64,000 nucleotides of DNA from positions 57,968-121,967 of the forward strand of contig MFRA01000006.1 of NCBI GenBank assembly GCA_001783215.1, in the 5' to 3' direction. Numbering within the stretch: the first letter of the stretch is position 1; each line of letters starts with the position of its first letter. This stretch comes from Candidatus Magasanikbacteria bacterium RIFOXYD1_FULL_40_23 (GTDB lineage: Bacteria > Patescibacteriota > Patescibacteriia > Magasanikbacterales > GWA2-37-8). The notes below the pieces were generated by a model that saw only the letters and a list, made by a program, of their open reading frames with translations, was not told where the DNA came from and ran no database searches. Positions 10,455-20,796 of the stretch are shown here, piece by piece. The translations under genes and the position numbers were made by a program.

Positions 10455-10535
10455 GCACGGGTGGCGAAATGGTATACGCACTACCTTGAGGTGGTAGCGC
10501 CGCAAGGCATGGAGGTTCAAATCCTCTCCCGTGCA
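10455..10535 (+). tRNA. tRNA-Leu (anticodon GAG)
   Basis: Hand-folded cloverleaf. Acceptor GCACGGG/CCCGTGC, D-loop containing GG, anticodon loop TTGAGGT, 13-nt variable arm (class II), T-arm GGAGG-TTCAAAT-CCTCT. No encoded CCA. Confidence 0.8.
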
Positions 10536-10635
10536 CAATGTATAAATAGCCGCTTTGCGGTTATTTATTTTTTACTTCACTTTTTCTTGCGGAAATGGTA
10601 TTATTTAAAGAGTATTTAATTAATCTCTTTTTAGT

Positions 10636-10890
10636 ATGCGCATTGTAATTGGCTTTGTTTTAGCTGGGATTGGAGTTTTACTTATGCTTAAAACCGAGTG
10701 GTTTGTGCAAAATTTTGGCAGCAACGCTTGGGCCGAAGAGCATCTAGGCTCTAGCGGCGGTACTCGTTTGCTCGTTAAATTAATAGCCATTGCCTTTATA
10801 TTTTTTGGGTTTTTAGCTATCACCAATATGCATATGGGCTTTTTAGATGCCACACTCGGTAAAATTTTTAAACAGAACCAATCACTCTAA
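10636..10890 (+). CDS. small hypothetical membrane protein (2 TM)
   Basis: 84-aa ORF with two hydrophobic helices. No recognisable motif. Confidence 0.35.
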   Translation: MRIVIGFVLAGIGVLLMLKTEWFVQNFGSNAWAEEHLGSSGGTRLLVKLIAIAFIFFGFLAITNMHMGFLDATLGKIFKQNQSL

Positions 10891-10897
10891 CGATTTT

Positions 10898-11446
10898 ATG
10901 GCGCACTCCGGCACAGCCTTAATTGATCCATATAAAATATTTGAAAGAATCTCTTTGTCTGCAGGTCAGAGGGTGGCTGATTTAGGTTGTGGACGCACAG
11001 GTCATTTTGTTTTTCCAGCCGCAAAAGCGGTAACAGATAAGGGTGTTATTTACGCCGTAGATGTTGTAAAAAATATTTTGGAGAGCATAAAAAGCACTGC
11101 TCGCAGCGAAGGCTTTGATAATGTGCAAACTATCTGGTCAAACATTGAGCTTCCTGGTAAAACCCCAATTCCCGACGGCTCTCTTGACGTTTGTTTTTAT
11201 GTTAATGTATTATTTCAACTAAAGAACAAGCCGGGTGCCTTACAAGAAGGCGCTCGTATGTTGAAAAAAGGGGGCTACCTAGTAGTGGTTGATTGGGCAA
11301 AAAAATTAGGAATGCTTGGTCCTTCAGCAGATCTAATGGTAGACCCAGACGCTGTGGTAGAGGTTGCTACCAAACAAAATTTAAAATTTATAGACAAAAT
11401 GTTTCCAGGAGATTATCACTTTTCTTTAATCTTTGAAAAGGTTTAA
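10898..11446 (+). CDS. class I SAM-dependent methyltransferase
   Basis: SAM-binding motif I 'VADLGCGRTGH' and an acidic-loop motif 'IYAVDV'. The start is placed at the ATG at 10898 to avoid overlap with the upstream ORF; the ORF track begins at 10847. Confidence 0.65.
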   Translation: MAHSGTALIDPYKIFERISLSAGQRVADLGCGRTGHFVFPAAKAVTDKGVIYAVDVVKNILESIKSTARSEGFDNVQTIWSNIELPGKTPIPDGSLDVCFYVNVLFQLKNKPGALQEGARMLKKGGYLVVVDWAKKLGMLGPSADLMVDPDAVVEVATKQNLKFIDKMFPGDYHFSLIFEKV

Positions 11447-11469
11447 ATAATAATTTGTCATTCTGACCT

Positions 11470-11874
11470 ATGAATATAGCAAATCTGTTCCGTGTTGATT
11501 ATTGGTTCGTCCAGCCGTTTGTTGCCACAGGATTTTCTCTTTGGTTATTAATCGGAGGGTTTTTGGTTTTGGTTCTTGCTGGTTTGGTTTGTAAAATAGT
11601 TTCTTTGTATCAAGAAGAAAAATTTAAAAAAGTAATTTTGAAAAGATCTAGCCATTTGGCCATGACTATGGGTTTCTTGGGTTTGGTTTGGATGTTTTTT
11701 CGCCAAGAACAAGCAGTATTTTTATCCTGGCGTTTTTGGTTGCTTGTTTGGGTAGGCAGTTTTGCTTGGTGGACATGGTCTATTGTAAAGTATATAACAA
11801 AAAGAGTACCGGAAATCAGAACAGAAGAAGAAAGATTAGCGCGCATAGAAAAGTATTTGCCTAAAAATAAATAG
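11470..11874 (+). CDS. hypothetical integral membrane protein
   Basis: 134 aa, 3-4 hydrophobic segments, no motif. Confidence 0.4.
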   Translation: MNIANLFRVDYWFVQPFVATGFSLWLLIGGFLVLVLAGLVCKIVSLYQEEKFKKVILKRSSHLAMTMGFLGLVWMFFRQEQAVFLSWRFWLLVWVGSFAWWTWSIVKYITKRVPEIRTEEERLARIEKYLPKNK

Positions 11875-11890
11875 TGCGTAGTTTTAATTC

Positions 11891-12247
11891 ATGACCAGGC
11901 AAAATAAAAATTTGGGAGATTGGGGAGAGGCCCAGGCTTGTAGTTTTTTGGAGCGTCACGGATTTAAAATTATAGAGCGTAATTACCACACCACTATGGG
12001 TGAAATAGATGTCATCGCCACCAAAGGCGATGATTATTATTTTGTAGAAGTTAAAACCAGAAAGAATAGTGAATTTGCCAACGATGGTTCTATTACTTAT
12101 TTTAAAAAAAGACGCATGCAAAAAGCGGTTCGGGCATATTGTTATGCTAGGGATGTCGGCAATAAATCGCTTATCTTAGCGGGTTTGATTGTAGAAGTTA
12201 AAAAAATCGAAGGCAAGCTGGGTTTTCGTTTTTGCGTTATGTCTTAG
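11891..12247 (+). CDS. yraN: YraN-family (UPF0102) endonuclease-like protein
   Basis: 118 aa. 'GEIDVIA...YYFVEVKTR' core typical of YraN/UPF0102, a PD-(D/E)xK-like fold. Confidence 0.65.
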   Translation: MTRQNKNLGDWGEAQACSFLERHGFKIIERNYHTTMGEIDVIATKGDDYYFVEVKTRKNSEFANDGSITYFKKRRMQKAVRAYCYARDVGNKSLILAGLIVEVKKIEGKLGFRFCVMS

Positions 12248-12343
12248 GGGCGTATAATTCCAGGGTTGACTTTTTGGGCATTTTGTACTATTATTAACGA
12301 AAATAAGAGGTAAATAAGTCTTTAATTAAATAATGTAATTACT

Positions 12344-12946
12344 ATGTCACATCCATCCAAAGAAAGAACATTTGTGATGATCAAACCAGATGGCGTGCAA
12401 CGCGGACTCGTTGGCGAGATTATTAAACGTGTGGAACGAGTTGGGCTCAAAGTTAGCGCATTAAAAATGGTAGTGCCAACCGAAGAGCAGTGCTGGACAC
12501 ACTATAACAAAGACGAAGCTTGGTTTCTTAAAAAAGGCGAACGCACCATAAGCGACCGTCAATCATTAGGATTGCCTGTAGATAAGCCAGCTGTAGAATA
12601 TGGTAAAGATATTGTTCGAGCCTTGGTAAAATTTATGACCTCCGGTCCGGTAGTAGCTTTTGTGTTGTCTGGTAATCAGGCAGTAGGAATTGTTACAAAA
12701 TTAGTAGGAGGCACTGAGCCGCTCACATCGGACGTAGGTACTATCCGCGGCGACTTTACTCTTGATTCATACAATCTTTCCAGCCAAGATGAGCGTGCTG
12801 TGCGAAATTTGATTCATTGCTCCGATAAGCCAGAAGAAGCTGAACGTGAAATGAAGATCTGGTTTAAACCAGAAGAGATTATTAACTACCGCCAGCTAAA
12901 CGAAGAGATACTTTACGATGTAAATTTAGACGGGATTCTGGAATAA
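12344..12946 (+). CDS. ndk: nucleoside-diphosphate kinase with a ~45-aa internal insertion
   Basis: 'ERTFVMIKPDGVQRGLVGEII' N-terminus and the catalytic-His motif 'NLIHCSD'. 200 aa against the typical ~140. Confidence 0.8.
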   Translation: MSHPSKERTFVMIKPDGVQRGLVGEIIKRVERVGLKVSALKMVVPTEEQCWTHYNKDEAWFLKKGERTISDRQSLGLPVDKPAVEYGKDIVRALVKFMTSGPVVAFVLSGNQAVGIVTKLVGGTEPLTSDVGTIRGDFTLDSYNLSSQDERAVRNLIHCSDKPEEAEREMKIWFKPEEIINYRQLNEEILYDVNLDGILE

Positions 12947-13042
12947 ATGTTTTCTACGAAAATACCCCCATAAGGGGGTATTTTGATTTAAAGAGTGCCT
13001 AGAGGTATAATAAACCCACTTATTTAAGTGTCTAGTTTTTTT

Positions 13043-14044
13043 ATGTTACAGAAAGAAAAAGTGGCAGTTTTGGGGGCAGGCAATATGGGTACGGCGGTGG
13101 CGCAAGTTATCGCTTCTAATGGTTTTGAAGTTAGGATTTGGAATCATGCAGGTGATTTGGAGCCACTCCAACAAATCAAAGAATTGGGAGAAAACAAAAA
13201 TTATTTACCGGGAGTAAAATTATCAACAAATATTGTTTGTGAACCGGATATTTCTCAGGCCGTAAAGGGAGCTAGTATTGTTTTTGTGGTTGTCCCTAGT
13301 GGGTTTGTAAAAAATGTTGTTCAGAGCGCTGCGCCATATATTCCAAAAAGTGCTACTTGTGTGGATGTTTCAAAAGGTTTGGATTTTGAAGGTGCAAAAT
13401 ATTCTCTGACAACCGATGTGTTGGGTAAGCTTTTACCAAAAAATAAAATTGCTTCTATTTCTGGGCCAGCTATTGCTGGGCAAATGGCCTTGGGCAAATT
13501 TACTGCCATGAACGTAGTGTCAGAAGATAAAAATGCAATCAAAATGGTAAAGAAAGTAATGGAGAATGAAAATTTAAAACTAGTTTCTTCTAGCGATATA
13601 ATAGGAGTAGAAACTTCCGGATCGTTTAAAAATGTTTATGCTATCGCTATGGGTATCTGCGATGGTTTGGAATTGCCAACAAATACCAAAGCAATTTTGT
13701 TCACAACCGCTCTCAAAGAGATGGTATTAATAGTTAAAAAAATGGGCGGGCAATCAGAGACAGTTTATGGTTTAGCCGGTTTAGGAGATTTGGCTGGCAC
13801 AGGTCTTGCTAGCGCCAGTAGAAATAGAAGATTCGGTGAGTTTTTAGGTAAGGGCTTAACTCCAGATGAGGCGGTTATAAAAGTAGAGAGAGTGGTAGAA
13901 GGCATGTCGGCAGTGAAAGCATTAAATATCTTATCTAAAAAATATAAATTAAAAATGCCACTGGGCGATTTAATTTATAGAATCATTTACAGCAAGGCGG
14001 ATCCAAAAAAAGAAATTGATAGTTTTTTAAAAAATTTAGCTTAG
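13043..14044 (+). CDS. gpsA: NAD(P)H-dependent glycerol-3-phosphate dehydrogenase
   Basis: Rossmann motif 'VAVLGAGNMGTAVA' and the GpsA C-terminal domain. The ORF track begins at 13028; the first ATG is at 13043. Confidence 0.8.
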   Translation: MLQKEKVAVLGAGNMGTAVAQVIASNGFEVRIWNHAGDLEPLQQIKELGENKNYLPGVKLSTNIVCEPDISQAVKGASIVFVVVPSGFVKNVVQSAAPYIPKSATCVDVSKGLDFEGAKYSLTTDVLGKLLPKNKIASISGPAIAGQMALGKFTAMNVVSEDKNAIKMVKKVMENENLKLVSSSDIIGVETSGSFKNVYAIAMGICDGLELPTNTKAILFTTALKEMVLIVKKMGGQSETVYGLAGLGDLAGTGLASASRNRRFGEFLGKGLTPDEAVIKVERVVEGMSAVKALNILSKKYKLKMPLGDLIYRIIYSKADPKKEIDSFLKNLA

Positions 14045-14050
14045 ATTCTC

Positions 14051-15778
14051 ATGGTGGCAAGCAGAGAAAAAGATAATTCACTGAGGATTATTTCGATATT
14101 TGTATTAGTGGCAGCACTGGTAATTGTCGTTAGGCTTTTTGTTTTGCAGTTTGTTGAGCATAAATATTATTCGGCGCTTGCTTTGAATAACCACGAAATT
14201 TATCAGCAGCTTTATCCGCATCGGGGCAATATTTTATTACAAGACACTCGCAATAAAAATAAAGAATATCCTGCGGCCGTAAATCGACAGTATTATTCTT
14301 TGTATGCGGTACCTAGGGACATACCCCCAGAGAGCGTCGTTTCTACCACGGAATTTTTAACAGGCTTGTTTAATTTTTCTCCGGAAGAAAAGAATAGTCT
14401 TTTGGCTAAATTATCAAAAAAAGATGATCCGTATGAGCCTATAGCCAAAAAAGTTTCCGAAGAAATTAAAGATAAAATTAAATCAGAAAATTTACCGGGT
14501 ATAAATTTTATCGGACAAGAATTTAGGTATTATCCAGAAGGAAATCTAGCTGCAAATGTTTTGGGGTTTACCGGCCAAAATGAAAAGGGGGAGTTGTCTG
14601 GTCGTTATGGTATAGAAGGGTTTTGGGATAGTACCTTAACCGGTAAGAGTGGTTTTTTGTCTGGTGAAAAAGGGGCGCTTGGTAGTGTGATATCTTCTGC
14701 CAACCGTACTCTGAAACAGGCAGAGCACGGATCTGATTTGTTGCTTACAATAGATAGAAATTTGCAATATAAATCTTGTGAGAGATTGCGCGAAGGCTTT
14801 GTAGAATATAAAGCCAAAAGCGCCGCACTTATTCTTATGGATCCAAAAACTGGTGCAATTTTATCTATGTGCAGCATGCCAGATTTTAATCCAAATAATT
14901 ATTCTGAAGTAGAAGATGTGGGTGTCTACAATAATACGGCTATTTTTACTGCTTACGAACCAGGTTCGGTATTTAAACCAATTATTATGTCGGTTGGGCT
15001 TGATCTTGGTTTGGTAAGTCCGTTTACTACTTATGTTGATACCGGAGAAAGAACTATAAATGGCTATAAAATACGCAACGCTTTGGAAAAGATTTATGGA
15101 TTATCAACCATGACAAATGTGCTGGAAAGTTCTATTAATACCGGTATGATTTGGGTATCCGAAAAAATTGGCAGATTTAGGTTCAAAGAGTATGTAGAGA
15201 ATTTTGGTTTTGGTAAAAAAACTGGCATTGGACTAGACACGGAAGTTGCCGGTGATATTTCTTCTCTTAGTAAATCAGCCGAGATTTATACAGCCGTCGG
15301 TTCTTTTGGACAAGGATTTACAGTTACGCCTTTACAAATTGCAGCAGCTTATTCTGCTTTGGCCAACGGAGGTAAAGTGCCAAAACCATATATTGTGGAT
15401 GAGGTACGTCACCCCAATGGGCAAGTGGATAAAACCGAGCCTGAGTCGGGGGTTGTAATTTCTTCTAATGCTGATAAACTGGTGACAGCGATGCTTATTT
15501 CGGTGGTAGAAAAGACTTATGTTAGGTCGGCTAGTCTTAAAAATTATTATGTAGCTGCCAAGACAGGAACCGCTCAGATTCCAGGTAAAGGTGGCTATGA
15601 AAAAGATAAAACCAATCATACGTTTGTTGGTTATTTTCCGGCCAGCGATCCAAAGTTTGTTTTGTTGGTAAAATATGAAGTGCCAGAACAGGAATGGGCC
15701 GAGTCGACTGCAGCTCCAGTATTTAAAGACGTGGCCAAATTTATTTTAGACTATTACGGCATTGCCGGTGATAAATAA
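14051..15778 (+). CDS. penicillin-binding protein 2 / FtsI-type peptidoglycan D,D-transpeptidase
   Basis: N-terminal TM anchor. Transpeptidase motifs SxxK ('SVFKP') and KTG ('KTGTAQ'). Lies next to murF. Confidence 0.82.
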   Translation: MVASREKDNSLRIISIFVLVAALVIVVRLFVLQFVEHKYYSALALNNHEIYQQLYPHRGNILLQDTRNKNKEYPAAVNRQYYSLYAVPRDIPPESVVSTTEFLTGLFNFSPEEKNSLLAKLSKKDDPYEPIAKKVSEEIKDKIKSENLPGINFIGQEFRYYPEGNLAANVLGFTGQNEKGELSGRYGIEGFWDSTLTGKSGFLSGEKGALGSVISSANRTLKQAEHGSDLLLTIDRNLQYKSCERLREGFVEYKAKSAALILMDPKTGAILSMCSMPDFNPNNYSEVEDVGVYNNTAIFTAYEPGSVFKPIIMSVGLDLGLVSPFTTYVDTGERTINGYKIRNALEKIYGLSTMTNVLESSINTGMIWVSEKIGRFRFKEYVENFGFGKKTGIGLDTEVAGDISSLSKSAEIYTAVGSFGQGFTVTPLQIAAAYSALANGGKVPKPYIVDEVRHPNGQVDKTEPESGVVISSNADKLVTAMLISVVEKTYVRSASLKNYYVAAKTGTAQIPGKGGYEKDKTNHTFVGYFPASDPKFVLLVKYEVPEQEWAESTAAPVFKDVAKFILDYYGIAGDK

Positions 15779-15783
15779 CTAAT

Positions 15784-17073
15784 ATGTTAAAATCTTTTCT
15801 ACAAAATCTACTTAACACACTATCAAAACGAATTCTAAAAAAATATAAGCCAGATATCGTTGGTATTACCGGCTCGGTAGGTAAAACTTCTTCCAAAGAA
15901 GCTATTGCTACCGTGTTGGAAGCGAAATTTTCTGTTCGTCGCACATCCAAAAATTATAATAACGAAATAGGTTTGCCGCTTACTATTATTGGTGTAGACA
16001 AAACCCCGGGCAGGTCTGTCTTGGGTTGGCTTAGTGTTATTTGGAAAGCCAAAAAATTACTTCTTGCACAAGACAAGAATTTTCCAGAGATTTTGGTTTT
16101 GGAAATGGGTGCAGATAAGCCTGGTGATATAGAATATCTAACAGATATGGCCCCATGCAAAGTGGGCGTGTTAACTTTTATTTCTCACGCGCATACCGAA
16201 TTTTTTAAGACAATTAAAAAAATAGCCCAAGAAAAAAGAATAATTATTTCACATCTTAGACAGGATGGTTTTGCAGTTCTAAACTTTGATAATGATTTGG
16301 TAATGCAAAGCATAGGCACAACCAAGGCAGAGATAATTACTTATGGTTTTAAAGATGGGGCGGATCTAAGGGCAACCGATGTGAATATCTTAAAAGACGA
16401 AGTGACTGGTTGGCCAAGTGGGCTAAACTTTAAGGTTTTATATAAAGGTAGTGTGGTGCCAGTATTTTTGCCAGGCGTTATTGCCAAGTCGGCTATTTCA
16501 TCTGCGCTCGCTGGTTTGGCCGTCGGTACAATTTTTGGTGTAAATCTGGTTGAAGGTTCCCGTGCTCTTTCTAAGTCAGAAGCTTCTCCTGGGCGCATGC
16601 GGCTAGTTAAAGGAATCAAGTCTACTTTGTTAATTGACGATACATATAACTCTAGCCCAGAAGCTGCCAAATCTGCCGTAGAAACTTTATTTCAGCTTGA
16701 GGCTAAACTAGGTGTCCGTCGTTTTGCAGCTTTGGGAGATATGTTAGAGTTAGGAACAGAAACCGAAAACGCTCATCGTGAACTTGGGTTTAAAGTAGCA
16801 GAATTGGGCGTTGATTTTTTGATTACAGTTGGTGAGGCTGCCAAATATATTGCCGCCGCCGCCAAAGAAGCTGGTTTGGATGAAAATAAAATCATCTCTT
16901 TTGCTAATAGTGTAGAAGCGGGCAGATTTTTACAAGAAAAATTAAAAGAAGGGGATTTGGTTTTGGTTAAAGGATCCCAAGGTGCGCGTATGGAAAAAAT
17001 AGTAAAAGAAGTAATGGCTGAGCCGCAAATGGCCAAAGATATTCTCTGTAGGCAAGGAGAAGAATGGAAATAA
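15784..17073 (+). CDS. murF: UDP-N-acetylmuramoyl-tripeptide--D-alanyl-D-alanine ligase
   Basis: Mur-ligase P-loop 'GITGSVGKTSSKE'. 429 aa, with a Mur-ligase C-terminal domain. Confidence 0.8.
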   Translation: MLKSFLQNLLNTLSKRILKKYKPDIVGITGSVGKTSSKEAIATVLEAKFSVRRTSKNYNNEIGLPLTIIGVDKTPGRSVLGWLSVIWKAKKLLLAQDKNFPEILVLEMGADKPGDIEYLTDMAPCKVGVLTFISHAHTEFFKTIKKIAQEKRIIISHLRQDGFAVLNFDNDLVMQSIGTTKAEIITYGFKDGADLRATDVNILKDEVTGWPSGLNFKVLYKGSVVPVFLPGVIAKSAISSALAGLAVGTIFGVNLVEGSRALSKSEASPGRMRLVKGIKSTLLIDDTYNSSPEAAKSAVETLFQLEAKLGVRRFAALGDMLELGTETENAHRELGFKVAELGVDFLITVGEAAKYIAAAAKEAGLDENKIISFANSVEAGRFLQEKLKEGDLVLVKGSQGARMEKIVKEVMAEPQMAKDILCRQGEEWK

Positions 17074-17214
17074 TATGCCCAGTAATACAACCCCGTACAA
17101 GTTGCTTTAGCAACTTAAAAGTAGATTTAATTTGTAGTACTTAATTTATTGTTTAATCTTGATTAACATGCTGTATGGGTCTAATGTAGACTATACGGGG
17201 TTGATATACTGGGT

Positions 17215-18087
17215 ATGCCGGAGCTACCAGAAGTAGAAACAATTAGACGTGATTTAACCAAAGTTATTCTTGGTAAAAAAATAACAAACATCGAAGTGCT
17301 TCATAAGGCGCCAGTGAAAGATGGTGTTAAAAAATTTCAGGAAGCGTTAAAAGATAAGGTTATAAAAAAGATAGATCGTGTAGGCAAGCTAATGATGCTG
17401 GAGTTGTCCAGCGGGAATTTTTTGTTGGTACACCTAAAGATGACCGGTCAACTAATCTATCAAAATAAGAAAAATTTAATTGCCGGTGGTCATAGTTTTT
17501 CTTCATTTGATATTACAGATTTGCCGAATAAATACACCTGGGTTATTTGGAGCTTTAGCGACGGGTCAAAATTATATTTTAACGACATGCGCAAGTTTGG
17601 GTATTTAAAGATTGTAGATAAAAAACAGAAAGAAAAAATAGTGGCAAAGTATGGTGCTGAGCCGCTGACAAAAATTTTTACCTTAAACAAATTTTTAGAA
17701 ATTTTAGATAAAAGAAACGCTCCGATTAAATCTGTCTTGCTTAATCAGGCGCTAATCGCCGGTATTGGAAATATTTATGCCGACGAAGTATGTTTTGCTG
17801 CCGGCGTATTTCCAGCCACCAAGGCCAGCAGTCTTGATAGGGCAGAAAAGATTAAATTATTTAAAGCGATTAATTCTATTTTAAAAAAAGCAATAAAATA
17901 TAAAGGGACAACATTTAAAAATTATTTGAGCGCGCATGGAAGAAAAGGGAATTTTGCTGATTTTTTACAAGTTTATGGCCGAGATAAAGAAAAATGTTTT
18001 CGTTGTGTGCAGGGTGTTATAGCTAATAAAAAAATCGGTGGTCGTAGTTCGCGATATTGCCCGGTTTGCCAAAAAGTAGTAGGGTAG
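17215..18087 (+). CDS. mutM: formamidopyrimidine-DNA glycosylase
   Basis: N-terminal 'MPELPEVETIRR' with catalytic Pro2/Glu3, and a C-terminal zinc finger 'CFRC...CPVCQK'. Confidence 0.88.
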   Translation: MPELPEVETIRRDLTKVILGKKITNIEVLHKAPVKDGVKKFQEALKDKVIKKIDRVGKLMMLELSSGNFLLVHLKMTGQLIYQNKKNLIAGGHSFSSFDITDLPNKYTWVIWSFSDGSKLYFNDMRKFGYLKIVDKKQKEKIVAKYGAEPLTKIFTLNKFLEILDKRNAPIKSVLLNQALIAGIGNIYADEVCFAAGVFPATKASSLDRAEKIKLFKAINSILKKAIKYKGTTFKNYLSAHGRKGNFADFLQVYGRDKEKCFRCVQGVIANKKIGGRSSRYCPVCQKVVG

Positions 18088-18117
18088 TTACATCAAGGAG
18101 GAACGTCATGAATAACC

Positions 18118-18363
18118 GTGAAAGGCTGGAGAAAGCGAAGAGAGTTTTCGATATTACCGGAGTGGTGCTGTTTGTTGTATTCTACATGGCTTATTCTAGG
18201 TTCAGGTTGCGTAGCCGGTGAGCCCCAAACTAGGGCTTTTCGCTTAGTGGCGCTTCGACATAAGGTCGGAGCGCATATTTTTTTAAAAAACTTAAATTCT
18301 TTACCGAATCTAGTAAATTATGGTATGATAACAACAATCAAAGCTCATTTTTTGTATGTTTAA
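18118..18363 (+). CDS. hypothetical small protein (questionable)
   Basis: 81-aa ORF preceded by a strong SD (caAGGAGGaacgtcATG). Low-complexity, with no motif. May be spurious or may overlap a structured RNA. Confidence 0.2.
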   Translation: MKGWRKRREFSILPEWCCLLYSTWLILGSGCVAGEPQTRAFRLVALRHKVGAHIFLKNLNSLPNLVNYGMITTIKAHFLYV

Positions 18364-18784
18364 TGATCAATTTAAAAAAATATCTTTTTCTTTGGAGCCA
18401 AGTAGCGATGGGGCTGATTTTTCATACTTGCAAGGCCAAGAAGCAGCTCAGATTGCAGAAGGTCAGTTGGCCGTAGATGTGGCGCAGACTGCAGACGAGT
18501 TGGTAGTGGTGGCTGCAATGGCGGGAACAAAACCAGAACATATAGAATTGCATCTTCATAACGATTTGCTTACCATTCGCGGTGAAAGGTCTTCTCCGGT
18601 AGGGGTAGCTGGCGAGCATTTTTATCAAGAATGTTATTGGGGTAAATTTTCTCGTAGTATTATTTTGCCAATAAATGTAAAGGTAGAAATGGCTCAGGCT
18701 CAATACACCAATGGTGTGCTTGTAATTAGATTGCCAAAAGCAAGCGGAGGAAATAATATTCCAATTATGGTGGTAGAAGACTAG
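18356..18784 (+). CDS. Hsp20/alpha-crystallin-family small heat-shock protein
   Basis: Alpha-crystallin-domain pattern 'AVDVAQTADELVVVAAMAGTKPEHIELHLHNDLLTIRGER...GVLVIRLPK'. Confidence 0.78.
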   Translation: MFNDQFKKISFSLEPSSDGADFSYLQGQEAAQIAEGQLAVDVAQTADELVVVAAMAGTKPEHIELHLHNDLLTIRGERSSPVGVAGEHFYQECYWGKFSRSIILPINVKVEMAQAQYTNGVLVIRLPKASGGNNIPIMVVED

Positions 18785-18806
18785 TCCAAAAGAGTATATA
18801 AATATT

Positions 18807-20735
18807 ATGGAAGAAGAAAACCAACAATCCACGCCAAATTTTAGTAAAGTTGTCCGGTCTAAAAACGCCATAATAGGCGCCGGAGCTTTTTTGTTTTTGG
18901 TGTTAGTTTTTTTTGGTGGCGCTTCTATTTATAATTTACTTTATAAAAATAAAATTTTCCCAGGTATTTATGTAGGAAGCCACCACATGGGCGGACTTAC
19001 CAAGTTGGAAGCCAAAGATTTCATGGAAAATTTTAATAATAGAATAGCCAAGGAAAGTTTGGATTTTAGCTTTGTAAAAGAAAATAAAATTAATAATTTT
19101 AAATTGAGCCCAATCTCAACAGATGATAGTTCTGTAGAAATGGTAAAGATAAACAGCGACAGTTCGACAGACAGCCTGCTCTCTGTTGGCAGGTCTGGTA
19201 ATTTTTTCAAAAATTTATGGCAACCTTTATATATTCGTTTATTTTCGGAGCATGTTGCCCGAGCGGACGTAGTGGTTGAAGACAGATTTGTTTCGAGCTT
19301 AAAAGGCTACATGTCTGATTTTGGAGATAAGCCGCGTAACGCTAACATCAAAATCACTGATCTAGCAACACTTGCCTATGTAATAGAAGAAGAAAAAAGC
19401 GGTCTTATTTTTGATTATGACGAAGTGGTAAATAAGCTGCAAAACCAACTGGCCTCTTTGGCTCTGGGTACTGTTGCGATAAATACAAAAGAATTCAAAC
19501 CGGATGTTTTTGTGGCAGATCTAAGCGCCCTGGTTCCAAAGTTATCGGAAATTTTAAGGTATGGTAATTTAGGTTTAAATTACACCGATCCGCAAACTGG
19601 CGCCAAACGAGATTGGAGCATTGGCCCAATTGTTTATGTGGAGTGGCTTGAGGTAAGAAAAGAAAATGGCGAGCCAATATTTGCGCTTAATGAAGAAAAG
19701 GTTAAATTTTATTTAGAGACTTTGCGTCCATTTATAAATAGCCCTGCGCAAGATGCGAAATTTGTTATGGAAAACGATAGAGTACAGGAATTCCAGGCAA
19801 ACCAATCGGGGTTAAGCTTGAATGAAGAAAAAACTTACAAAGATTTGGACTCTGTTTTTAAGGAGAGGAACTATAGGCCGGCTGAATTATCAAAAACAGT
19901 GACTGTCTCTGTGGATATTGTGCAGCCAAATGTGCTTATATCGGATGTAAATAATTTAGGTATTATGGGGGTAGTAGGTGTTGGTTACTCTACTTTCAAA
20001 GACAGCCACACGAATCGTATAAAAAATATTGCCAACGCTGTAAAACGTTTAAATGGTATTTTAATAAAACCTGGTGAAGAATTTTCGGCCAATAAATATG
20101 CCGGCCCATATACTGCCGAGAATGGATTTTTACCAGAAATGGTAATAAAGGGTAGGGAAATAAAACCAGAAATTGGCGGAGGTATGTGTCAGATAGGCAC
20201 TACCTTGTTTAGAACGGCTATGAATTCTGGAATGCCTATTAGCGAACGTCGCAATCATTCGCTTGTGGTAAGTTATTATGCGGATCCGGTAAATGGGAAC
20301 CCGGGTACAGATGCTACTCTTTATGAACCAAATGTTGATTTTAAATTTATAAATGATACTGGCGGATATTTGTTGTTGCAAACTTCTATAGATTACAAAA
20401 AGCAAGAATTGGTTTTTACTTTTTGGGGTAAGAGCGACGGGCGCAAAGGTTCGTACACCCATCCAGAAGTTACTAAGTGGATACCGGCAGGGGAGCCTCA
20501 AGAGATTATTGTAACAACACTTAAACCAGGTGAAAGAAAATGTCAGAATGCTTTCCGTGGCGCGGTCACATCCTTTACTTACACAATTATTAATTCTTCT
20601 AGTGAAAAAATAGAAAGAGTATTTGATAGTTATTATAGACCGTTGCCCCAGATCTGTATGGTGGGCGCGCCTTTGGCCAGCACCAGCACTCCAAACGCTT
20701 CCGGAATGCCATTAGAGGTAGGCGATAGTTTTTAA
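18807..20735 (+). CDS. VanW-domain protein
   Basis: 642 aa. N-terminal TM, then a C-terminal VanW-like region ('PGEEFSANKYAGPYTAENGF...GGGMCQIGTTLFRTAMNSG'). Confidence 0.7.
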   Translation: MEEENQQSTPNFSKVVRSKNAIIGAGAFLFLVLVFFGGASIYNLLYKNKIFPGIYVGSHHMGGLTKLEAKDFMENFNNRIAKESLDFSFVKENKINNFKLSPISTDDSSVEMVKINSDSSTDSLLSVGRSGNFFKNLWQPLYIRLFSEHVARADVVVEDRFVSSLKGYMSDFGDKPRNANIKITDLATLAYVIEEEKSGLIFDYDEVVNKLQNQLASLALGTVAINTKEFKPDVFVADLSALVPKLSEILRYGNLGLNYTDPQTGAKRDWSIGPIVYVEWLEVRKENGEPIFALNEEKVKFYLETLRPFINSPAQDAKFVMENDRVQEFQANQSGLSLNEEKTYKDLDSVFKERNYRPAELSKTVTVSVDIVQPNVLISDVNNLGIMGVVGVGYSTFKDSHTNRIKNIANAVKRLNGILIKPGEEFSANKYAGPYTAENGFLPEMVIKGREIKPEIGGGMCQIGTTLFRTAMNSGMPISERRNHSLVVSYYADPVNGNPGTDATLYEPNVDFKFINDTGGYLLLQTSIDYKKQELVFTFWGKSDGRKGSYTHPEVTKWIPAGEPQEIIVTTLKPGERKCQNAFRGAVTSFTYTIINSSSEKIERVFDSYYRPLPQICMVGAPLASTSTPNASGMPLEVGDSF

Positions 20736-20756
20736 AAAAACCTCTAAAAAACAACA

Positions 20757-20796
20757 CACCCTCCGACTAAACGTCGGAGGGTGGTTAAATTTTATT
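20757..20796 (+). terminator. rho-independent terminator after the VanW gene
   Basis: Hairpin caccctccgac-taaac-gtcggagggtg followed by a T-rich tract. Confidence 0.5.
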
